Source: Pseudomonadota bacterium (GTDB lineage Bacteria; Pseudomonadota; Alphaproteobacteria; Rhizobiales; Rhizobiaceae). From it: a DNA stretch of 64,000 bases. The stretch is from the NCBI GenBank assembly GCA_039180085.1, contig JBCDDX010000017.1:4117-68116 (forward strand), written 5' to 3'. The notes beneath the pieces were generated by a model. That model saw only the letters and a list, made by a program, of their open reading frames with translations, was not told the DNA's origin and ran no database searches. The stretch's first letter is position 1. Every line of letters begins with the position of its first letter. The translations under genes were made by a program, and so were the position numbers. Of this stretch, positions 26,737 to 35,676 are shown one piece after another.

Positions 26737-27780
26737 ATGTCAAACGCACAACGAAATCTCACGCCCGGAAAACTCTGGGGCATGCGGCGCATGGCTGACA
26801 GCAACGGCATTTTCAAGATGACGGCTGTCGATCAACGCCCGCCGATCAAAAACCCGATTGCGCAACATCTTGGTGTTGAAAGCGCGCCTTGGGAGGAGGT
26901 TGCCCGTTTCAAGACACTGCTTGTCGAGACATTGCAGGACCAGTCAACGGCCATGCTGCTTGACCCGCATTACGCCATTCCCCACGGGATTGACCGTCTG
27001 TCCCCCACGAAGGGGCTGATTGTCACGCTGGAAGATTCCCTGTTTCAGGAAACACCGGGCGGGCGATTGTCCTCCAACATTGACGATTGGTCGGTGGAAA
27101 AGATCAAGCGCATGGGCGGTGATGCGGTGAAGGTTCTCGCCTGGTACCGCCCCGATGCCGATAAAACCGTCTGCGCTGCCCAGCAGGATTATACCAAACG
27201 CATTGGCGAGGCCTGTGCGCGCTATGACATTCCATTTCTGTTTGAGCTGCTGGTCTATCCGCTCGAAAAAGATGCTCACCAGACGACCGACTATGTTGAG
27301 CTTCAGGGCAAGAAGGCCGACGACGTGTTGGCGTCGGTCGAAGAGTTCGCAAAGGCGGATTATGGCGTTGATGTCTTCAAACTCGAAAGTCCGGTTAACG
27401 CTTCCGACGCTGATGGTTCTGCCGAAGTGCAGGCGTTGTTTAACGAGATGGGTCGTCTGTGCGGCCGCCCATGGGTGATGCTTTCTGCGGGAGCGGTCAA
27501 GGCGGATTTCCGCAATATTCTTGATCATGCATTCAAAGCGGGTGCCTCTGGCTTTCTTGCCGGTCGTGCGATCTGGCTGGATGCGTTTCAGCACTATCCG
27601 AACTGGGAAAAGATCGAACAGGAACTGCGCGGCGATGCAGCAAGCTACATGAGCGACATCAGTGCGCTGGCTGATGCGAATGCCCGCGATTGGGCGCAGC
27701 ACGCCTGTTATGGCGCTGATGGTGCACTGTTCACACCTGCCGATGCCGGGTTCCGCCACGCCTATTCCGGAATGGAATGA
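26737..27780 (+). CDS. class I aldolase of the LacD/YihT family (candidate sulfofructose or sulfofructose-phosphate aldolase)
   Basis: AVDQR, AVKVL, VDVFKLE (Schiff-base Lys), PWVMLSAG, GASGFLAGRAIW. Confidence 0.85.
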   Translation: MSNAQRNLTPGKLWGMRRMADSNGIFKMTAVDQRPPIKNPIAQHLGVESAPWEEVARFKTLLVETLQDQSTAMLLDPHYAIPHGIDRLSPTKGLIVTLEDSLFQETPGGRLSSNIDDWSVEKIKRMGGDAVKVLAWYRPDADKTVCAAQQDYTKRIGEACARYDIPFLFELLVYPLEKDAHQTTDYVELQGKKADDVLASVEEFAKADYGVDVFKLESPVNASDADGSAEVQALFNEMGRLCGRPWVMLSAGAVKADFRNILDHAFKAGASGFLAGRAIWLDAFQHYPNWEKIEQELRGDAASYMSDISALADANARDWAQHACYGADGALFTPADAGFRHAYSGME

Positions 27781-27783
27781 CCG

Positions 27784-29169
27784 ATGAAAATTGCCATTCT
27801 GCCGCTGGCACGCGCCACATTTGATGTCGAATTCGCCCAGGAGAAATTCGACGCCATGCTGGCGGCGCTTGACCAAACCGGGCATGAAATTGTCGGTCCG
27901 CGCGAATTGCTTTTTGACGGCGATGCTGCGCAGGCCGCGATCAGCAGTCTGACGGGCGAGACCGTCGATCGGGTTCTTATTCTGCAGGTCACCTTCACCG
28001 ACGCTGCCATCGCGGTTGAAATTGCCAATGCATTTGCTCAACCGCTTTCCATATGGGCGGTGCCGGAACCACGGCTGGGTGGCCGCCTGCGGCTGAATGC
28101 GTTTTGCGGTTTGAACCTTGCAAGCCATGCGCTTGGCCTCGCGAACCGTACATTCTCCTGGGCTTATCGCGATCCGGTGCTGGTCACGGGCGCGGAACTG
28201 GAGGAGCTTTTCTCCGGCCAAAATCAGGTTTCGCGGATGGACGGTGTGCCGCCCCGTTCAACGGACACCCAGCCCGGGGAGGATATCAAGGCTCGCCTAT
28301 CGGGCCGGCGTGTTGCGCGGTTGGGTGAGCGCCCGGACGGGTTTCACACCTGCGACTATGACAGCAAAGCGTTGTTGGAGCTCACAGGTGTAGCGGTTGA
28401 CGAATATGGCCTCGACCGCCTGTTTGATGAGGCGAAGAGTGTGCCGGATGAAGAAGCAGCATCGCTGAAAACTGCCGTATCAGAAAATTTGTCCGGCATG
28501 GATGCCGTCGATCCGGATCAGTTGAAACGGTCTTTGAAGCTGAAAGTGGCGCTGGACCGGATCTCCGGAAAATCCGGCTACGATGCGTTTGCCATTCGCT
28601 GCTGGCCGGAAACGTTTACCGAATATGGTGGCGCGGTATGCGGGCCTGTTTCCATGATGGGCGAAGCGCGGGTGCCGTGTGCGTGCGAAGCTGATGTCTA
28701 TGGGGCGGCAACGCAATTGCTGTTGCAGGAAGTTGCTGACGCGCCCGTGTTTCTCGCCGATCTGGTGGACATGGATATTGACGACAACACGGGTGTTGTC
28801 TGGCATTGCGGGCAGGCGCCCTTGTCGATGATGGCGGGTGATGGCGAAGCCATGGCCACCATCCACACCAATCGCAAAATGCCGCTGCTCTATGAGTTTA
28901 CCCTGAAGCCCGGCGTGGTGACATTTGTGCGCTTGTCGCAGGCTTTTGGTGAGCCGAAACTCATCATTGCGCGGGGTGAAATGATGGACAGGCCGATGGC
29001 ATTCACCGGGACATCCGGTGTTGTGCGGTTCGACAATGCGGCATCTGACGTGTTGCAGTCGGTCATCGACAGCGGTCTGGAACACCACATGGCGCTCGCC
29101 TATGGCGATCATATTGAGGCGCTGCACTCCGTGGCTTCGGCCCTCTCGCTCCCGGTTCTGGAGCTTTGA
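27784..29169 (+). CDS. L-fucose/L-arabinose isomerase family protein, SqvD/SftI-like sulfoquinovose isomerase
   Basis: AIRCWPE, CEADVYG, WHCG, TNRK, EHHMALAYGD family motifs; PLARATFD and EPRLGGRLRLN resemble Bacillus SqvD/SftI as I recall it. Confidence 0.75.
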   Translation: MKIAILPLARATFDVEFAQEKFDAMLAALDQTGHEIVGPRELLFDGDAAQAAISSLTGETVDRVLILQVTFTDAAIAVEIANAFAQPLSIWAVPEPRLGGRLRLNAFCGLNLASHALGLANRTFSWAYRDPVLVTGAELEELFSGQNQVSRMDGVPPRSTDTQPGEDIKARLSGRRVARLGERPDGFHTCDYDSKALLELTGVAVDEYGLDRLFDEAKSVPDEEAASLKTAVSENLSGMDAVDPDQLKRSLKLKVALDRISGKSGYDAFAIRCWPETFTEYGGAVCGPVSMMGEARVPCACEADVYGAATQLLLQEVADAPVFLADLVDMDIDDNTGVVWHCGQAPLSMMAGDGEAMATIHTNRKMPLLYEFTLKPGVVTFVRLSQAFGEPKLIIARGEMMDRPMAFTGTSGVVRFDNAASDVLQSVIDSGLEHHMALAYGDHIEALHSVASALSLPVLEL

Positions 29170-29170
29170 A

Positions 29171-30256
29171 ATGACGGTTCGTTACGGCCTGATTGGCTCC
29201 GGCATGATGGGGCAGGAGCATATCCGCAATATCCACTTGCTGGATGGTGCCGATGTTGTTGCCATTGTAGACCCGGATGAGGGGATGCGCGATCAGTCTG
29301 TCGCTCTGTGTGGCGGGCAGGCGAGGGGTTTCGACAATCTGTCGGACCTGCTTTCTGCTGATATGTGTGATGCCTATGTCATCGTTGCGCCCAACGACAC
29401 GCACCATGATATTTTGATGGATGTGCTGCCGGCCAACAAGCCGATCCTGTGCGAAAAGCCGCTCTGCACAACGGTTGCCGATTGCCGGTCTGCTATTGAA
29501 GCGGCAAGCCGACACAAAGCGCCTGTCTGGGTGGCGATGGAATATCGCTACATGCCGCCCTTGCAGCGTATGATCGCCATGCTGGACAAAGGGTTGGCCG
29601 GACGGCGTGTGATGATGTCAATTCGTGAACACCGGTTTCCGTTTCTCGACAAGGTGGGTGACTGGAACCGCTTCAGCGCCCGCACCGGCGGCACGCTGGT
29701 CGAAAAATGCTGTCACTTTTGGGACCTCATGCGTCTGGTGCTGAAAAGCGATCCGGTGCGCGTCTATGCGTCGGCGGCTGTTGATGTGAACCATCTCGAT
29801 GAGCGCTATGACGGGCAGCAGCCGGACATTATCGACAACGCGTATGTGACAGTGGAGTTCGCCAATGGTTGCCGTGGCAATCTTGATCTCTGCATGTTTG
29901 CGGAAGGGTCATACTGGCAGGAAGTTGTTTCGGTGACGGGCGACAAGGCACGCATTGATGCCTGCATTCCGGGCCCAGCCCGATTTTCTGCGGATGGCAA
30001 AGAGCGGCATTCGGAAGTGATTTTATCCGACCGGGTCACGAAAGAGCCGGCTCGCGAAACGATCGATGTCGACCATGCGGTGCTCGCAGCCGGTGACCAT
30101 CATGGATCGACATTCTTTCAGCACCAGAAGTTTCTGCAGATGGTGCGCTCAGGAAACGGCCAACCGGAGGTCAGCCTTGAAGATGGTCTTTGGTCCGTGC
30201 GTGTTGGTGAGGCCGCGGAGCTTTCAGCGAAAAGCGGGCAAGCGGTCGTTCTCTAA
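29171..30256 (+). CDS. sqgA: Gfo/Idh/MocA-fold protein, probable NAD+-dependent sulfoquinovosidase (GH188)
   Basis: GxGMMGxEH Rossmann motif, EKPLCTT, EYRYMPP, IREHRFPFLxKVxxWNRF, TGGTLVEKCCH, LDLCMFAEGS, HHGS, matching my recollection of the GH188 SqgA/plant homolog group. Confidence 0.72.
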   Translation: MTVRYGLIGSGMMGQEHIRNIHLLDGADVVAIVDPDEGMRDQSVALCGGQARGFDNLSDLLSADMCDAYVIVAPNDTHHDILMDVLPANKPILCEKPLCTTVADCRSAIEAASRHKAPVWVAMEYRYMPPLQRMIAMLDKGLAGRRVMMSIREHRFPFLDKVGDWNRFSARTGGTLVEKCCHFWDLMRLVLKSDPVRVYASAAVDVNHLDERYDGQQPDIIDNAYVTVEFANGCRGNLDLCMFAEGSYWQEVVSVTGDKARIDACIPGPARFSADGKERHSEVILSDRVTKEPARETIDVDHAVLAAGDHHGSTFFQHQKFLQMVRSGNGQPEVSLEDGLWSVRVGEAAELSAKSGQAVVL

Positions 30257-30633
30257 CCTCCACGCAGCCCCGTGTAAGGCGGTGTATAATAAGGCGACGC
30301 ACATTCTTGTTTGAAGAATTTATCGACGTCTATCGTGTTGTTCCGAACATTGTAGCCCATATTCAGACGGATGCAGTAGTCGATGTGACGCTGAGGAAGA
30401 CGCCCGCGTGTCTTTCCGAAGTCTCTTCTTCTGGCTTCGAACGCGCGCTGACGGCGCAACCGCCGGCGCTCAATGAGGCTCAGTCCCGACACCGTGGTGT
30501 GTTCGAAGAAGACCGCTTGCTCTTCCGTTTCGGCCTGCGCGGCAATGGATGCGGGTGCCCATCCTGATGCCAATGATACTCCAACCAGCAGTGCGAGCGC
30601 CTTAAGCGACGATGCGATGCGCTTTGAATTCAT
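30253..30633 (-). CDS. small secreted BA14K-like protein
   Basis: Signal peptide, Arg-rich stretch, C-terminal HIDYC...YNVRNNT...QECASPY resembling the two-Cys BA14K motif. Confidence 0.55.
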   Translation of the reverse strand: MNSKRIASSLKALALLVGVSLASGWAPASIAAQAETEEQAVFFEHTTVSGLSLIERRRLRRQRAFEARRRDFGKTRGRLPQRHIDYCIRLNMGYNVRNNTIDVDKFFKQECASPYYTPPYTGLRGG

Positions 30634-30834
30634 GGCGGTTTCTTTCATTTACAAAAGGACCCTCTAAACTTAGCTGGTCGCGCATAACAAACAACCGTCA
30701 TAGCGTTTTTTTGTTCCACGGATCAGGTGGGAAAATGTCGCTGGGTTGACTGCGTTCTTGGTGCTTGTGTGCGCCAGCCACTTCTTATTAAAAAGGCGCG
30801 TCCTTCTTCCAAATCCGTATTCGGTTTTCGTTTC

Positions 30835-32031
30835 ATGTCCCTTCGTTTCGGTCGTCCACTTCTTGCCATTCCTGGCCCGTCCATCATTCCGGACCGGGTG
30901 TTGAACGCGATGCATCGCGCGTCGCCCAATATTTATGAAGGTGAACTGATTGAGATTGCCGACACGCTCTATCCTGATTTACGCACGGTCGCTCAGACCA
31001 GCGGGCAGGTGGCAATCTATATCTCAAACGGTCATGGCGCTTGGGAAGCAGCGCTCAAGAACACGCTGGTCGCCGGTGATCGTGTCCTCGTTCTGGCGAC
31101 GGGACGGTTTGCCGCCAATTGGGGCAAAATGGCGGAAAGCCATGGCATTGAGGTCGATGTTCTGGATTTCGGCATGCAGTCGCCTGCTCATCCTGACGCC
31201 GTTGAAGCCGCCTTGCGGGCCGACACGGACGGCAAAATCAAAGCGGTTCTGACGGTGCAGGGCGACACGGCATCGTCTGTGCTGAACGACATTCCCGCCT
31301 TGCGCGCGGCGATTGATGCGAGCGGAAGCGATGCATTGTTTATGGTCGACTGTATTGCGTCGCTGGCGTGCGACCGGTTTGAAATGGACAAATGGGGTGT
31401 CGACCTGATGGTGGCTGGTTGCCAAAAAGGCCTCATGACCCCGGCCGGGATCTCGTTCGTCTTTTTCAACGACAGGGCACGTGCCGCGCGCCAACGGGCA
31501 TCACCTGGTCAATACTGGGACTGGGTGCAGCGGACCGAGGGGACCGTCTTTTACCAAAAATTTGCGGGCACGGCCCCAACACACCATATTTTCGGTCTTC
31601 GCGAGGCGCTCGATATTCTCGTTCATGAGGAAGGCATTGAGGCGGCGTGGAAACGCCACGAAACGATTGCCCGCGCCGTGTGGGCAGCTCTGGACGTATG
31701 GGGTGAAGGGGACGCGCTGCACCATAATGTGGCGGAGCCGAACAAACGCACGGTGGCGGTTTCGACGGTCACCACCGGCCCGGGACTGGCTGTCGAAATC
31801 CGCAAATGGTGCGAGCAGGAAGCGGGCGTTACGCTTGGCATATCGCTTGGTTTCGGCGAGCCGGGCTCACCGGAATGGGCCTGTCGTTTTCGCATCGGCC
31901 ATATGGGACATTTGAACCTGCCGATGGTGATGGGCGTGCTGGGCAGTATTGATTGCGCTTTAAAGGCGCTGGACATCCCGCACGGTGATACAGCCCTTGC
32001 AGCGGCGGCTTCGGTGCTGTCGCAACACTGA
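30835..32031 (+). CDS. class V PLP aminotransferase (serine/alanine-glyoxylate type)
   Basis: LAIPGPS, SNGHGAWEAAL, MVDCIASL, GCQKGLMTPAG (PLP Lys), FRIGHMG. Confidence 0.9.
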   Translation: MSLRFGRPLLAIPGPSIIPDRVLNAMHRASPNIYEGELIEIADTLYPDLRTVAQTSGQVAIYISNGHGAWEAALKNTLVAGDRVLVLATGRFAANWGKMAESHGIEVDVLDFGMQSPAHPDAVEAALRADTDGKIKAVLTVQGDTASSVLNDIPALRAAIDASGSDALFMVDCIASLACDRFEMDKWGVDLMVAGCQKGLMTPAGISFVFFNDRARAARQRASPGQYWDWVQRTEGTVFYQKFAGTAPTHHIFGLREALDILVHEEGIEAAWKRHETIARAVWAALDVWGEGDALHHNVAEPNKRTVAVSTVTTGPGLAVEIRKWCEQEAGVTLGISLGFGEPGSPEWACRFRIGHMGHLNLPMVMGVLGSIDCALKALDIPHGDTALAAAASVLSQH

Positions 32032-32117
32032 TCTCTGCGCCAGCACAAACATGAAGCGTTACGAGCGGCGGGTTTTGCAACGCCGCTCGCAATTGAAGTC
32101 AGTCTTTCAGCGTTGCG

Positions 32118-33449
32118 CTACTCGCCCGCTTTCAGCGTTTCCAAACGCAGGCCCTTTGCGGTTCGGTTGGGAAAGCCGAGCCAGTGGTTGTGCTCCGGCT
32201 TGTTGCTCCCGTCTTCGTTCTTGGCCCAGACGCTGTCGTTCGAATTGGGCACAAGGTCGAGATACGGCCCCATCTTCTCATTGCCTTTCAGGTGTTTTCC
32301 AAGCCAGGCTGTTACGAAATGCTGAGAGATGTTGTTCATGCGCGCTGAGTTCCACACGGCATCGTTGTAATGCTCGCTCAGATTGAATCCGAGGTCCGCA
32401 TCCACCTTGTTGGACTCAACTGGCGCAGGCATTGGAGCACCGGCATTGTGGTTGGCGTTTTCATAGGTGAGCAGAGTGCGATCAACACTGGTCGCGCTCT
32501 TCCAGATTGCCCGAATGCCGTTCTCATAACCTGATACATCGTCCACCGAACCGGCAACGAACATCATGGGAATTTTAACACCCTTGAGTGTTTCGGCATC
32601 CCAGAACGCGAAATTCATGCCCCAGGGGGCAAAGGCAACAGCGGTTTTGATGCGCGGGTCTGGCAAATTGTTATGTGTGTCGCTGCCGCTTTTGTGCACA
32701 GCGAGCGTGCCGTGTGGTCCGCCCCATGCATAATCGACCGACGTTTGGGTCACACCGCCCCCTGCCGTGATGACGGCACCGTAGCCACCCATGGAATAGC
32801 CGATCAAACCGGTGTTTCCGGCATCCACCTTACCGTTGAGGAAGGAGCCTGCATCTTTCGACATCCGGTCCATCTCATTGAGCACGAAAATCTGGTCTAG
32901 CGAGCGATTCACCAGTGTGGAACCGAAGGCCGCTCTGGTGCGATAGGTGGAATCGGTGTGATCGATCGAGGCTACCACATAACCTTTTGACGCGAGGTTC
33001 TCCGCCAGATGGGAGAGAAGAAAGCGGTTGCCTGGGTAGCCATGCGAAATGATAACAAGCGGCAGGTTTTCAGCATCTGCTGCAGGTTCGGCATCGCGCA
33101 CCGCTTTACCTATCAGTTCAACCTCCGTCTTCCCGTCGCGCAGATAGGCTTTGAGCGCCTGATCACCAGTGGCGCCCTGTGCAGCTGGATACCAGACCTC
33201 CAGTGTCAAAGGGCGATCGTAGCGCGGCAACTCAGCCGGTTTTGGTTGCTTTGGATCGATCTTCAAAATGTCGACCTGATTGGGATTGACGACTTCCAGT
33301 TGGCGTACGCCTATCGCGCTTGCTCCATAGGCGGCGAGTTCCGGTGCGTCTGGGCGCTGGGTGTCAATTCTGTTCTCGGCCAGCGCGGCCCCTGAAACCA
33401 TGGCGAGAGCCCCGAGGGTTCCGAATGCAAATTTGATGTGTCTGGTCAT
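32118..33449 (-). CDS. secreted alpha/beta hydrolase (dienelactone hydrolase/PAF-acetylhydrolase-like)
   Basis: Signal peptide; PLVIISHGYPG, GYSMGG nucleophile elbow, AGSVDD, ANHN. Confidence 0.85.
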   Translation of the reverse strand: MTRHIKFAFGTLGALAMVSGAALAENRIDTQRPDAPELAAYGASAIGVRQLEVVNPNQVDILKIDPKQPKPAELPRYDRPLTLEVWYPAAQGATGDQALKAYLRDGKTEVELIGKAVRDAEPAADAENLPLVIISHGYPGNRFLLSHLAENLASKGYVVASIDHTDSTYRTRAAFGSTLVNRSLDQIFVLNEMDRMSKDAGSFLNGKVDAGNTGLIGYSMGGYGAVITAGGGVTQTSVDYAWGGPHGTLAVHKSGSDTHNNLPDPRIKTAVAFAPWGMNFAFWDAETLKGVKIPMMFVAGSVDDVSGYENGIRAIWKSATSVDRTLLTYENANHNAGAPMPAPVESNKVDADLGFNLSEHYNDAVWNSARMNNISQHFVTAWLGKHLKGNEKMGPYLDLVPNSNDSVWAKNEDGSNKPEHNHWLGFPNRTAKGLRLETLKAGE

Positions 33450-33609
33450 GGGTCTCTGGGTCCGCCTTTTTATTGAAATATCTGTTTGGAGCCTAACACG
33501 GTCTTGCGATCAACATGCAATGGCAGGCGTGGTTTCGTGTCAAAAAATGTGATTGTGAGTCGGCGCTCCTGAAGTCGTGACTTGCAATTCGGCGGTGTCT
33601 GGTTTTTAA

Positions 33610-33621
33610 TTAATGTATTAA
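33610..33621. promoter_or_regulatory. putative HpaR operator at the hpaR-hpaB-hpaC promoter
   Basis: TTAATGTATTAA (TTAA-N4-TTAA), the same pattern as at 19822, about 20 bp upstream of the hpaR ATG. Confidence 0.55.
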
Positions 33622-33640
33622 CGATTAAACACATAATGAT

Positions 33641-34093
33641 ATGACCGATTTTGAACGCTCACTGCCGATGATCCTGAACCTGACGCTTGATGCGATCATG
33701 CCGGCCTATCGCGACCTGTTCACACAATATGACCTGACAGAGCCGCAATGGCGGGTGTTGCGTATGGTCTGGAACGATCAGAACATCACGTCGGCGGCGC
33801 TGTCGGAAAAGACACTTCTGTCGCCGCCCAGCCTGGTGAGCATCATCGACCGTCTTGAAAAAAAGGGTCTGGTGTCGCGCGTGCGTTCGCTGACGGACCG
33901 CCGACAGGTCTATGTCGTTGCTACCGCCAAGGGGCGGGCGTTGCATCAGGAAGTCATGCCGCATGTCGTCGCGATCCACGAAGACCTCAAGGTTCGTGTG
34001 AGCGACGAGGAATGGGCTGCGATGGAGACGATACTGAACAAGATACGCCGCCCCGCTGGAGCGAGCAATTTGCACGCTGTGGGTGATGTCTGA
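33641..34093 (+). CDS. hpaR: MarR-family homoprotocatechuate regulator
   Basis: RSLPMIL...YDLTEPQWRVLR...LSPPSLVSIIDRLEKKGLV...DRR; upstream of hpaB. Confidence 0.8.
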   Translation: MTDFERSLPMILNLTLDAIMPAYRDLFTQYDLTEPQWRVLRMVWNDQNITSAALSEKTLLSPPSLVSIIDRLEKKGLVSRVRSLTDRRQVYVVATAKGRALHQEVMPHVVAIHEDLKVRVSDEEWAAMETILNKIRRPAGASNLHAVGDV

Positions 34094-34138
34094 CGCCGTT
34101 TTTGCGGCTGCGAAACCGAATTGAAGAGGAGAAACGAG

Positions 34139-35656
34139 ATGGGACTGGTGGAAACGAAAGCGACGTTCGAGGCTTCGGCAAGTGGCAAGGGCATTCGCAC
34201 CGGAGAGCAATATCTCGTCGGGCTTCGCGACGGACGCGAAGTCTGGACCCGTGGTGCCCGCGTTGAAGACGTGACCCGTGAGCCGGGTATGGCGCGGGGC
34301 GCTGCAACTTTGGCCGGTTTTCTCGACAATCAGCACAAGGACGAATTTCGGGATCGCGTGACTTATGTCGATGACGATGGTGACCGCTGCGCGATGGCAT
34401 ATAAGATGCCCAAGTCCGCAGAAGATGTGGTGGCGCGCGGGAAGGCCTATTACGAATGGGCCAAATGGTCGAATGGCATGTTCGGCCGCACACCCGACTA
34501 TAAAAATGCGTCGCTGATGGCGTTTGCGTCCGGTTCAAAGTTTTTGGAACAGGGTGTCAAAGGGCCATGGGGCGACAATGCCGGTAAGGCCATGGCCGAG
34601 AATATGGTCAATTTCTACAACTATGCGCGCAAGAACGATAAGGTTCTCACCCACACGCTCGTCAACCCGGCCTTCAACCATTCACAGGCGGCTTCGGGTA
34701 AATATTCAGAGAAGGTGGCGCTTCATGTTGTGAAGGAAACGGATGCAGGGATCATCGTCAATGGTGCACGTCTGTTGGCGACGCTCGGGCCGTTTGCCGA
34801 TGAAATCGAGGTTTTCCCGTCGACCGTGTTGCGCGGGTCTGAAGACAACGTGCCCTTTGCGTTTGCCTTCGCCCTGCCGATTGCCACCCCGGGCATGAAG
34901 CTGATCTGCCGTGACAGCTATGATGAAGGCAAGTCGAACTTCGATGCGCCATTGGCCTCACGCTATGAGGAAATGGACGCGGTTGTCATTTTCGAAAATG
35001 TGCTTGTGCCGTGGGAGCGCGTGTTTATGTACGCGCAGCCGGAGCTTTGCAATCAGGCGTTCAACGCAACCAATGCCGTCGTTCACATGATGCATCAGGT
35101 CGCCTGCGGCAAGCTTGCGAAATCGGAATTCATGGTTGGTCTGATGTGCGCCATCGCGAAAGCAACGGGTCGCGACAAGGATTTGCACACCAAAGGGCTG
35201 ATCGCGGAAGTCATGCAGATGACTGAAACCGTACGTGCATTGCTGTTTTCAGCGGAAGCGCAGGCGCATGAAGATGAGTTCGGCAATTTCATTCCGTTGC
35301 GCGGGCCGATTGATACATCGCGCAACATGTTCCCGAAAATGTATCCCCGCATGGTGGAAATTCTGCAGCTCATCGGGTCATCTTCCCTCATGGCGACACC
35401 TACAGAGGCGGATTTTTCCAATGATATGGCGCCCGATGTGGAGCAATATTTCCAGCTTGCAAACATGGACAGTCGCGACCGTGTGGCGCTCTATCGTTTG
35501 GCCCATGATGTGGCTATTTCGGGCTTTGGGAGCCGACAGGCGCTTTACGAGCGCTTCTTCTTCGGCCCTCCCGCGCTCATGGCGTCAGCCTATTATGATC
35601 TTTATTCCAAGGATAACCTGATTGATCGTGTCGACAGCCTGTTGGCCTCAAACTGA
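34139..35656 (+). CDS. hpaB: 4-hydroxyphenylacetate 3-monooxygenase, oxygenase component
   Basis: RTGEQYL..LRDGREVW, GRTPDY, THTLVNP, GIIVNGARLLAT, PLASRYEEMDA..IFENVLVPWERVF, RQALYERFFFG. Confidence 0.85.
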   Translation: MGLVETKATFEASASGKGIRTGEQYLVGLRDGREVWTRGARVEDVTREPGMARGAATLAGFLDNQHKDEFRDRVTYVDDDGDRCAMAYKMPKSAEDVVARGKAYYEWAKWSNGMFGRTPDYKNASLMAFASGSKFLEQGVKGPWGDNAGKAMAENMVNFYNYARKNDKVLTHTLVNPAFNHSQAASGKYSEKVALHVVKETDAGIIVNGARLLATLGPFADEIEVFPSTVLRGSEDNVPFAFAFALPIATPGMKLICRDSYDEGKSNFDAPLASRYEEMDAVVIFENVLVPWERVFMYAQPELCNQAFNATNAVVHMMHQVACGKLAKSEFMVGLMCAIAKATGRDKDLHTKGLIAEVMQMTETVRALLFSAEAQAHEDEFGNFIPLRGPIDTSRNMFPKMYPRMVEILQLIGSSSLMATPTEADFSNDMAPDVEQYFQLANMDSRDRVALYRLAHDVAISGFGSRQALYERFFFGPPALMASAYYDLYSKDNLIDRVDSLLASN

Positions 35657-35676
35657 TCTGACGCTAGACACGCGTG

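Noticed and set aside
26737-30256. Tagatose, fucose and inositol catabolism, the default annotations for these three genes
   Set aside because: No PTS, kinases, fuc or iol genes are nearby, and all three proteins independently point to sulfoquinovose enzyme families. This is disfavoured rather than excluded.
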